Shown here in pieces: positions 24,747 through 35,959 of a stretch of 64,000 bases of DNA. The first letter of the stretch is position 1. Each line of letters starts with the position of its first letter. Source of the DNA: Rhodosorus marinus CCMP1338 (Eukaryota > Plantae > Rhodophyta); assembly GCA_029953675.1 (NCBI GenBank), contig JAMWBK010000009.1, positions 186,001-250,000 of the forward strand. Direction: 5' to 3'. Position numbers and translations under genes: made by a program. The notes below the pieces were generated by a model that searched no databases, had not been told where the DNA came from, and worked only from the letters and a program-made list of their open reading frames with translations.

Positions 24747-25817
24747 TGTCTTCTCTTGCCAAACAAACAACCGCTTACAAAACAAATTGCTCTCACCAAC
24801 GCCTCCTAATCACTCTCAATCATAGCATGATTCACCCCAAGATAAGCTTTCGATATCTTGTCGACTTTAGTGAGTTCGGCAAAGCATATCCTTTCGACTC
24901 CAGAGCCTTACTCCTCACCGACGAAAACTAAAAACTAGCACAGTCTCAAGCTCCTTTCAAGAATCAGCTAGGATACGAGGAGCTGAACTATCTCCAGAGA
25001 ACAGCAGAATTGGTATGCGCAAGGCTCCGATATTGGAGAGACTTTCCAGACAGCTGAGGATGCTGAATGCTCTGCACTTCTCTCAAGTTTGCAGTTCGAC
25101 GAGATGCATGATCTCCAAAAGTATCAGAACTGAAGCATTGAGCAACAAGCGGCTCAGATACGAGAGACACCATCTGAGGGTTAGAACCTCTAGGAGTTGA
25201 AGGTGAACGCTCTGTCCGCACATGTCGAGTACAAAGCAGCAGAAAGATACTCAAAAGCATCAGAAAGCAGATCTCTTTAAGCGTAGGGCACAGATACCTG
25301 GGAGACGGCCTGGATGGTTGGATAATCTGAAACCAGAAGTTCACTATGGAGCCAAGGGCGCGGATACGGCGGTGCTTGTCAGAGGTCTAACAGAACTTCC
25401 GAATAGCCAGCTGTGCAGAGCGCCTGTAGTGTCTTCAGTTTTATGTATCTGCGGGTCAGGATATGCTGCTAGCAGGAGCAAGCTCGAGCAACCTTACAAA
25501 CGTTGTGGACTCTGACGCAGATTCGACGGAACAACCCCGGCTGTGGAATTGCTAGTGCGAAGAGCTCCGTTTCGTCGACGAAAGCGTTCTAAGATTTGCG
25601 TTTTTGTTCTGTGACTGCAACCTACGCGGCGTAATTATCAATCCTTGACTTTCTTTAGTACAAGCTGTAAGTTTTATAGATTACGTCTTCACGAATCGTT
25701 TCGAAGTATAAAAATTGGGCAATCCGAGGTCGCCAACGGGTTCAGATCACTTCTCGCTGATATCCGCGGTGAGCTACCGCTGAACTCTCACGGGGAATTG
25801 AATTGAATGGGCTCGCT

Positions 25818-26564
25818 TCACTCATCACCTTCTCCTTCTTCCTCCTCCTTTTGCCTCTGACTTAGAGGACCAGTATCGCGAGCTCCGTAGTCGTTGTAAA
25901 TGTCAGGAAGCCTACCATTGTCTTCGAACAAATCCGCATACATCTGAGGAGTGAGAGGAGGTGGCCTTTTGTCTCTGCACTGAGGATTCATAATTATCTG
26001 AACAAAGTCTCTGTGGAGACGATCACAACGCCGCTGGCGAGCATTTCCGTACTTCAAATGGCATTCCTAAATTTTTCGAAAGCGTCGAGGAGTTCAGATA
26101 TCAAGCCGGTGCTATTTGCAAAGACACATGAGCAATTAAGTCCCCATTGGAAGCGCTACTTACTACTATCCTCTTCTCCATAATCGCCATACGTCCCATT
26201 CTCATATACTTACCACGGAGTGCAATCTCTTTCTGGTTGTGGACAAAAAGAGTAGAAAAAAAAGACATCCTTTCCCGTGAGAAAAGCTCTAGCGGACGGC
26301 ATCCAACAGAAACAAACCCAATTCCAGATACAACGTTCAAACGGCTCAATACAACGATCCAACACACAACAATCCCACGAATCCAATAAACCAAATACAA
26401 TAGCAAAGCAAGAAACTTACACCTTCCCAATAGTCTCTGATAGGTCCCTCTCCCTTTCTCATCAGCTTGGTACCCTCAGAAAGCTCCGGCATACGAACCG
26501 TCCTCTTCGGTAACTCCGGTTCCCTCTCCCATGGATCAGGTTCCTCACTCAAAACTCTGACCAT
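25818..26564 (-). CDS. NDUFB10: NADH dehydrogenase (complex I) accessory subunit B10/PDSW-like; exons 26564-26421, 26232-26164, 26066-25818 (153 aa)
   Basis: Three in-phase exons give YWEGKEIALRGKYMRMGRMAIMEKRIVECHLKYGNARQRRCDRL. The C-x4-G-x6-C spacing and preceding helix match the plant/fungal NDUFB10 pattern as recalled from memory. Confidence 0.6.
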
Positions 26565-27322
26565 GTTCAAACAAAAAAACGCCTTAAACCGAAAACTAAG
26601 ATTCCAAAAAACAAAAATTGGTACTAAAAGAAACCCCACGAGCAAACCGAAAGAAATCTCAAAACCAACCACCCTTCTCCCTCTCCTCATCTTCACACCC
26701 TAGACGACTCCTCTGCTCCTCAAACTCCCAATATTGATCCCCATCAACTCTTCCCCGAAAACCAATAAACACCTCTAAAACAAATCCACATTGATCAACT
26801 GTCCTAATCATAAGGTAAATCCAACCCCTGATACGCAAGTAAACAGGACATATATTATTGAACAACATGACATATAATAAATTATACAAATAATAAAAAA
26901 TTACTTCTAAACTATTAATTGAATTTTATGTCATGTTAATAATTTATTAATATGATCAAATTTTGTGGGTGCTGTAAAGGGGGTATGATTTGTTACCGTG
27001 ATATCAGTCGTGCATTATTTAGTTCTCTGAGAACGTTATTTTGGCATTATATGGAATTAGAACGTTTGAGGATGAGATTTATGACATATATGACGAGATT
27101 TTGAAAACGAAATAGTCTTGAAGGCGACATAAGTTATTTGTTGAGATTATATACAAATTTGATTCGAGACCCCTTCCTTTGTTTTAAAATAAGAAGTATT
27201 TTGTGATGGTGTACTAATTTAGATATATTTGAATTATGTTCAATTAGAGATAATGTCGTCCTAAAATATGGGATTTTATACAACATTACGAAAATTTATT
27301 TTTTTTAGATTTTAGAAGTTGC

Positions 27323-28375
27323 TTAGGGTTTTGGGATGGAATTCGATGCGCGGAGGTGTTGAGGGAGTAGGGCGGCGTAGAGGGTTGAGCTTATTGGGGT
27401 AGGGACGTTGTGAAGTTTTCCTAAGTGAACTATTCGTCCACTGAGATACTCAACTTCAGTTGGACGTCCGTCCATAACGTCGCGTAGAGTGGAGACTGTT
27501 GCATCGTCGTGGCGGGCCCCGGATCTGTGGCATTGGCAGTTCGGATACGTGTGAGGAACGTAGGTTAGTCTATAGCAAGGGGATGTTGGGATCTGCACGG
27601 AGCGTTGATGTTCTGCTTACATATCAAGGCGTTTAAATATAGATTCTATTGGGTTCCCCAATTCAACACCGATAGCCTTCGCCACGCTTTTGATCTCTTG
27701 CATCGTTTCCCGAAGAAGCTCACGGGTCTCAGGAATTGCTAAAATTTCATTCACTGATGCGCGCGTGATTGCAGAAATTGGTCCAAGAGCTCCCATGGTC
27801 AACATCTTCGCCCATAGAGCCTGCCTCGCATCCTGCATGACTTCGTTCTCGACCTCGCCCTTCGTAAACAGGGAACAAATCTCTCTCACCCTCGCGCTAT
27901 CCGAAGGACCTTCCCATTCTCCAAGCAGGACAGTGTATCTCGTGTCTTGAACAACGATCGTGCCAGGCTCAACCACGTACGCAATGATCACACAAGCACC
28001 CGCGATGACCCTCGGGCCGCCGAGGGCTGCCGCAAGAATTTCCACCGCATCAACTCCGTTCAAAAGAGGCACGAAACAGACGCTATCCGGTAGGCTTCTG
28101 CACGCCTCCACAACATCCTCCAGATCGCGATACTTGACACAAACGAACACGTAGTCGGGTACAAACCCATCCAACTGATTCAAGTCACCAACAGCTTCAA
28201 CCGAGAACACTTCGTCATTATCTGGCTCCCAGGACCTCTTAATTCGAAGCCCACGTTCCTGGATCGCCTCTAGATGCTTCCCACGAGCTATAAACCTTAC
28301 ATCACAACCTCCTTTTAGCAAAGCCGAACCATAAAAGGCACCCACACCCCCAGCCCCGTAGACAACAACTTTCAT
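27323..28375 (-). CDS. panE: 2-dehydropantoate 2-reductase (ApbA/PanE family); exons 28375-27621, 27524-27323
   Basis: GAGGVG Rossmann motif, VCVK, LLNGV, WAKM, ST..D..GRPTEVEYLSG. Phase-2 intron at 27620-27525. Confidence 0.88.
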
Positions 28376-29040
28376 TGCCCTGAAGCTCCTCCCCTTGCAA
28401 ATGAGTTTCCTTCAGAGATCTAAAGAGCCAGTCCCACCAAACTCTTAGTCCTCAAAGGGCAACGATCAATAACCAAGATCCGCACATATGAGATTGATAA
28501 CTAAAGGTATCATTCCATTGCCAATAACTCCCTCTGATTAGGATATCACGAAGATACTTAAGACAACCGCCTGGTATGATTGCTCACTTGGAATTCCTAT
28601 GAGCCGCCTTGCAAGACTGCTCACTTGGAATTATAGAACGATGAACACCTTGCGTTGAGGCGGCTGAGAGAACTTGTCTAGACATTATTTATTGAAACAG
28701 ATGGCACAAAAAAAAATTGGATGCGTCAGGTTGACTCACGTTCTTCCCACCAGCCAGCCCGACGATGCTTTGTTACATAGATTTAGGCGGACCGGGTTCA
28801 CAACTCCTCGGTGCAAACAGATGAGTGTGACCTTGAATAGTCAGGTCTTCAAAGAGGAATCGAAACAAAGGACTGAGAAAGCAAAGGACCTGTGCATCTC
28901 CGACAGGTCACTTAGAAACGCCAACGGACAGTGTGGACGTAGAAAAGGCTGGCTCGTAATCTGCGAGACGCTTTCGCAAGTCGAAACCTGCGGACCGTGG
29001 TGACAACGATTCGTTCGGGCAAAGAATAAGTAGAGGCAAG

Positions 29041-30374
29041 ATGAACTTTGCTCATCCAAGTGCCATTGTCCACAAAACGGCGAAGATTGGGTGAGTTGAC
29101 AGATGTTTTTCGTTGACTGGTTTTCCGGCAATAGCTAAGCGATCAGCAGTTCAAATCTTGTCCATCTCACGCAGGCCGCTCGTTGCGATATTGGAGAAGG
29201 CTCGCATCCGTGCGAATGTGGTAACGCCCATCATCAATCACTAAGAATTTGCGAGATAGTCCATTTTCACTGAGTTGAGAGAAAAAACAAAAACCAAACA
29301 GGTCATTGGGGCTGGAACAGTAATCGGGGAGAACGTTGAGGTTGGAGAAGGCACAGTCCTCGGTGAGACGAAATTCCGTCCACTGTATCCACAACAGAGC
29401 TACGATGACTCACTCTTGACGGTCATGTGAGAAAACAGGCAGTGGCGTCCATCTCTCCAATTGTAGAATAGGAAAAGAGTGTATTATTCATCAAGGAGTC
29501 TGTATCGGTCAAGACGGGTTTGGTTTCCACTTGGATACTGTCGGAGGGAACCACCAGAAAAAGCCTCAGACGAGATCCGTACTCATCGGATCAAATGTAG
29601 AGATAGGTATTGATCACCTTCTACGCTTAGATTGGAATCCAACTCTTCACGATCCTGAACAAACCTTCCCGATCCGCTTCCCGACTCGAATGCGCTTGGA
29701 CAAGAAAGGTGCGAATACAACAGTTGACAGAGGAAGTTGGCGGAATACCGTGATCGAGTCTGGCTGCAAGCTCGACAACCTTGTGAGTAGCAATCTTTAC
29801 TGAGTTATCCCTTAGCTCAGCGAACTCATAAGTTGTTCCATGCACGATTTGTGTGGTGAAATTCTTTTGCTGGGTGGTAGGTCCAGATCGGTCACAATGT
29901 AAGGCTCCGCAAGGGTAAGCACCAACATTCAATGCCTCTTCAGCACGACTGCTGTCGGAAACTGACCATGCAATCGACAGGATGCGTCATAGCTGCTCAG
30001 TCGGGTGTTGCAGGCAGTACAACACTAGGTCAGAGGGTGCTCATCGGAGGCCAAAGTGGAATCGGTCAGCACATAACACTTGGCGATGACGTACAAGTTC
30101 TAGCGAAAAGCGCAGTCTTGCGTTCAGTTGCTAGCGGTGGCGTCGGTAAGTGAGGAATTTGATCTTTCAGCCCCCGAAATCGTGTCATTTGCTCTTGCTC
30201 TTTTAAAATATACATATTCACAACCTTTTTTCCCCCCTCATCTCCATGCCTTCTTTGGATCAAGGAGGGAGGCCGGCCCTACCAGTCCGAGACTACCACA
30301 AGACAAAGGCGCTAATCAAAAAGATGCTAACTTCTCGGACGGATCCGAGACCCGAAAGTGAGTCAGTTTTGTAA
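29041..30374 (+). CDS. lpxD: UDP-3-O-acylglucosamine N-acyltransferase (LpxD), 8 exons; an upstream targeting exon is possible
   Basis: Spliced product has hexapeptide repeats plus IGQDGFGF, KKPQ..V.IG.NVEIGANTTVDRG, KLDNLVQIGHNV, AQSGVAGST and GGRPA, all LpxD signatures. Seven GT-AG introns with consistent phase. Confidence 0.88.
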
Positions 30375-30448
30375 AATCAAAAACTTAAAAAGAAACACAG
30401 AAATACCTATACATCGCTGCAACAACTCATGTGAGCGCCTGCAGCCAT

Positions 30449-33400
30449 CTACCCACTGGATTCTAGTGCCGAACTTGGTTTAATAGGGAGCGAGCTGTCC
30501 CTCATTCCTCCTCTAGACTCCCGCACAACTTCGTTGTCCGGTACCATCTCAACGCTGTCGTCATCTGTCAATACAACAACATCATGCTCTGGAACGGGCT
30601 TAACATCCGTCTCTATTGAAGGCGAGTCTTCAGCGACTCCTTTGCCATTCTCAGCAGCGTTTCCGGATTCTCCCTTAGCCAATTCATCAGTGGGCACCAC
30701 GTTCGGGTCATCTGGAGCTTTTGCCGCTTTTTCTTCCTGGTTTGTCGTAACTTCAACCATGTTTTCCACGGCAGCTCCCGCAAGCGCGGCTTTGCAAGTC
30801 TCTCCAGTCTGGTTCCGGTCCGCTGGATCGCTTCGATTCTTGCTGGGCGAATTTCCAGTGGCCTCTTGGTCGTATTCTGCCCACACTGCGAGAGCGCGCT
30901 TGGCGATCCTCTGGTCAGTATTCCATTTCTTGGCACAGAAGCGAACCGCCGCTTTGAACACTGAAGGAGCGGGCTTCGAACCCTCTTGTTGATCATCTTC
31001 GGCGACGTCTAGCTGTGGGTAGACGAGCTCCATCATCTTCTTAACGGCGAGGAAAGGTTCCCGGTACACGCTGCTGGATTGCTGGTGTTCGTGCAAAAGG
31101 CGAGTCGTCTCATCCATCGCATCCCACGCCCTTTTCATCGCCGCCGGCGCACCATTCGAAATGCTCTTCTCTGGTTCGGCCACCGCAGAATTTGCGTATG
31201 CAGCTATGACAGAAAACATGACCTCATGTTCAAAAGCATCGTCCTTGGAGCGTTTTCTCCCCCGCAAGAATACGTTCCATAGACGACCGTGGTCATTGGA
31301 CTGAGAGAGCAGGTCAATGTACAGTTTGAGGCACTTCGAACGCCACCTTCGATACTTCCTTTCAGTCTCCAGGAAGGTAGCTCGTCTCATATCCGTGAAG
31401 CGATAATTCCACATCAAGTAGAAATACCCACGTTCCCCGACGTCGGGACGGAACAGCGTGGATAGCTTCTCCAACGCCAGCGGCAAATCCCCAAGAAGTT
31501 TAAGACTGCCCAGAGCAACATAGTACACGCTCTTGAAAAAATATTCCCCATGATCTTGAGCCTCTTTGGACCGACATCGTTCTAGCCGCGAAATGAGCAC
31601 AGTGGCAATTTCTTTGATCCGACTCTCTTCGTCTTCTTCAACAGAAACGCCCTTCCGTACCTCGAGATTCCTCTCCATGAACTCCAGCAGGTCGGGGTTG
31701 CTCAAGTAGCTCTGGTTCAATAAGGCCTTCATTTCTGATCCGAGCAGCCTATATGTAGCCTCCACTTCTGGAGCGACCGAAACCCCTTTCCTTCTCTCTC
31801 GCAACGGTTCCGCTTCCTTTTGCAGCTTGGCAGCTTCAGCAAACTCCTCGAGCGCCTTAGGCAAGCTCGTCCGGTCTAGCTTGAGCAAAAGCTTGCCTTT
31901 CAAAAACTTGTAAAACCATTTCAAGTGCTGCAAAACGCTGAAGTCCTCAAAGTCGGCGTTGTCGAGCGCGTCCAAGTTCTCTAGATTCGAGTAGACATGG
32001 CTGAGTGGCTCCGCCTCCTCGATGCACGCGAGAGCCTCTACAAGGAGCTGTCGTTGGTCCGCCTGGTTTTTAGCTCGCCTTTCGGCAGCAATAAGATATA
32101 AAGATAAGGCGCGCTCATAGTTGGCGCTCGCCAGGAACATGGACAGTCCTATGCTCCGGCTGGGCGTAACCCTTTTGCCGGGCTCCGAAGGATCGTGCTC
32201 GTAAGATCCTAACATCGCCTCCAGTCGGCTGCGGATGAAGACAAGCGACCCCTCGTCCTCGGTATCCAACTTAGACGAGCCATGTCCGTCGTGTTCCTTA
32301 CTTTCCGCCTCATGGCCCTCCGTTGTCTCCTTCTGTGCTAAGATCAATCGTGCCAGCTTCGCAACGATGTCAAAACAGTTCGCAGACTGTTCCAACACAG
32401 TCAGTGGGTCAACGACAGAGTACCTTCCCTTTCCGAGCATGGAGGTCAGGTCGAGACCGACGTTTCCGGCATCTTGGTTGACATAGCCAAACCGTCGCCA
32501 AGCTGTTACACTCCATGGGCGAACCCGTACTGCATCCTTCAGCTCACGGGCACCCTCTAAAAGGTTCTCCAACACCTCCTCCAAATCAGAACGGCGTTCC
32601 GGCTCTTTTCTCCTCTTGAACTCGCTTTCAGTTATCCGCATTATTGCCGCCGCCCTGAGCATCTTAACTTCGTACACCGTGGACCTATGAGCCCGGATCT
32701 CATCGATCTCCTCATCAGACTTGCCATCTTTCGAGGTGCTTTCGACGCCCTTTCCGAGGTACTGTGCAAGTGTCTGCAACGTGGCTCCGTCATCGCTTCG
32801 GCTGCATCCAGTTAGCTTCTCGATTTCTTCCGCACGCAGCAGTGCGATACCATCGATAAAACTCTCCGAAGACAAGGCCTCGGACAAAACTGCTAGTAAA
32901 TCCTTTACCTTTTTGATGTTTTTGTCCCGGTTGACACGCCCGGCCTGCACCAAATTGGGCCTGTAGAAATTCAAGATATGGCCGCACGTTGTAGGGTCCA
33001 AATAATTCGCCGCTGATCCCCCGTAGTCGCCATGCCCGTCTTTTCCCGTGCCCCCCTTCGATTTGGTTGTCGCACCGTCAGTAGCATTCTTTGATGAACT
33101 GTTAGGCTTGTCCAGCCCAAGCTCCGCGACATGGTCGCAGGAGTCCGTCAGCCAGTTCGACCCTTGGCCGTTCATATTAGGAATGTCAAAAAGCGCATGA
33201 TAGCAACACGCGAGTTCCTCCTGACAGAGTTCCACCTTGTTCCAGATTGCCGCATCTTCCCGGTCGCTTTCATCTTCGACAGGACTCTCGCTTTCCGAGC
33301 CCGACTGTGACCTATCTCGATCCTCCCCTTCTTTATCTAGTTCCCTGAGCCGATCTCGTATGAGCGACGTATAGAATTTGATGACTGCGCCGCTGACACC

Positions 33401-35959
33401 GTCGGCTCTCAGCGCACTGCAAGACGCCAGCTGCTTCAGAGAAAAGCGAACTGCTCGAAACAGTCGCAGGGATAGTTCCTCCTTCTCCCCAGCTTCAGCT
33501 GCGGTCTTTGATGTTGTTTCAGGGTTCCAGCGGAACACAAACCAGAGAGACCTGCAGAAAGATAGCAAGCACCTCGAGAGAGAGAGCTTTTTCTGGCGGT
33601 GCGAGGTCGGATTGTTTACCAGTTTGCCAGAGGCTCGTTTAGTGCGCAAGTCTTCCACTAAAATGGCAGCAACGGACGGCACCACTTCAACCGACAACAT
33701 CGCGGCTTCTAGGAAGCTTCTTCCGCTTGGTCCAGGCGTAGTGACCGATTCCGTCACGGCGTCGGCTGTTGTCAAGTCCTTCACTTTTGCACTGAATTTC
33801 TTTACCGGCACCATCAGTGATGTGGAGTCCTGCGCAGCCTTATCCTCCCCCTTTCCGATGGCTATTAAGTCCGTTGCCGCAAGCTTCAGCTCCATCGCCC
33901 GACAGAACAAAGCCCCCGCATTGTCTCCGAGGTTCTCGCTTGCAACTCGAAGCATTTGGACCTCTGTTAGAAACTGGGGGTCTTTTTCCTGATGATTTTC
34001 TACACTCTGTTTTACTCTCGGACCCAGAAATTTCAACATCTGCTCGTCCTGTCCATTTTCGAGCATCAATCTTGCCTCCTCGAGAGACGACGCGCTTTCC
34101 ATGGTCCTGAGCCTAAAGCAACAAGCAGAGGAATCCTTACGCCTTCAGTGGACTTGCTGAAGGAAAACTAAAGCACCTTCCTCGAACGTGAAATCCACCC
34201 AACCTTACCTCTGCGCGACGAGTTCACGTCGATCACCATAACTCATGGTTGACTTTATTCCCCCAAGGAAAGCTAGGTGAGCGTTCTCTTCTCCCAAATT
34301 CAATAGCAGGTCATCGCATTGCTGATACCAATTTGACGCTTCTTTGATTCGTCCGCGAAAGTGTGACGTCTCTGCCTTGACCCACGCTTTTCTGGCTTCT
34401 GTGGCGATCACCTGTGGGCTGTGCTTGCCATCTAGAATGTAGACTGGTTGCATGGACATGGAGTTCAGGAGGGCCTCAGTATCGTAGAGGCGCTTGAGAT
34501 TTTCCGAGTCTCCAGAATCCATTGAATGTAGTATCCCATCCTCGTCGTGTCGATTGGAAGGCAGGAGGGCCTCCGCGACGACAAGTGCTTGTGCTGGGGG
34601 AAGGATCGAACGGTGATAATGAGGCTTCAACGATTTCCAAACTCGCCGAACTGCTTCTTGCTGGTCACCGTTACGAGGTGCGGACATTGCTTTCAGCATA
34701 CGCCAAAGGATGTCAACTATACCCGCTCCGCCATCCTTTTGGAGAATTTGGACAAACGTGCAAACTTCGTCGACCTCCGCAGATCTGATCATTGAGCACG
34801 TCGTATCATCCCGGGACTCAGTCTCTCTTCCTGCGGATGTAAGCGCGAGAGATCTGCTCGAACTCTGCAGTTGATCAGGGACAAGTTCCAACAGGTACCG
34901 CTTCACATCAATGTTTTTGTCCTCCCGTTTCTGCTCAAGTTCACGGCGATTCTCTTCCCTCTGTCTTTCAAGATCCTTTTGCCGCTGTGAGACTCTTGCT
35001 CTACGTCCCTCAATGTCATTACTTGCTGTTTTCTTCCCCAAAAAGCGGTCAGCCGCTCCTGCATTCCATGCAAAGTTGCTCTGAGTATTGTCCAATATTT
35101 CCGCATCGTTCTTACTGTCTTCAGATCGTTCCGCAGCGCCCTTCTTCAACACCAATCTAGCAGAAACCGAGACTGCCTTATGCTGCTTGAGTCGAATTCG
35201 TAAAGCGCGCGAAAGTGCCCCAGCCAGAGACGCCCAAGTTGGCTCGTCCACGAGGACCTTCACGGCCTCTGGGTTCGCTTTCTCGTCTACCGCAGTCCCC
35301 TCAAGCTCGGCTCGACTACGCTTTCCTAACAGCGTAGAACCGCTTGGATCGTCTTGGACCTCGCCAAGCGCGACGAGCACCTTTCTGAGCTCTCTGGAAC
35401 ACAGAATGTGGTTCGGTTGAGCTATTAGCCCTCCTTCAAAAGCTCGTCTAGCCACATTCAGCTTCCCTAGCTTTGCAGCACATCTGCCCGTCCTCAGCCA
35501 GACGACCACGTCAGAATCATCCTCGTTTAGAGCAGCTCGATAGTCTTTGGAGCACATGCAAAGAAGTGAGAACGCTACAAGTTAGAGGACTGGCAAAGGC
35601 GCTATGAACTCACAAAGCTTTGACAGGGAACGTTGAGGTTTTTCCAGATACGTACGAGCGAGCGCCTCTTCTAGGTTTGACCTGATTTCTTCGATCTCTG
35701 CGAGGTTCCTTCTTGCTAAATACGTTAACTGGCTTTCCCATTCCTTTTTGCTCTTCTTCTTCGCCTCGAGCTCGTCAAGCACCGACGTCAATCCTTTAAG
35801 AGCACCTACAAGATCTTCCGCCGCGAACAAACCCAGGGCCTCCACATACTTCTCCTTCACACGAGCCTCTCTCGCTTCCCCGCTCTCCTCGCGTGCATTC
35901 CCCTGCGACAGCAGGAGCATCTGCTGACCGTCATCCTCTATAGCAACAAACCTCTGCAT
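30449..35959 (-). CDS. CABIN1: CABIN1/Hir3-like TPR protein (HIRA complex); exons 35959-35656, 35544-34209, 34112-30449 (~1767 aa)
   Basis: N-terminal YLARRNLA..ALAHYRAA..D.VVWLRTG..A..L..ARRAFEGGL..PNH pattern typical of CABIN1, with further TPR-like helices. Total exon length is divisible by 3. Confidence 0.72.
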
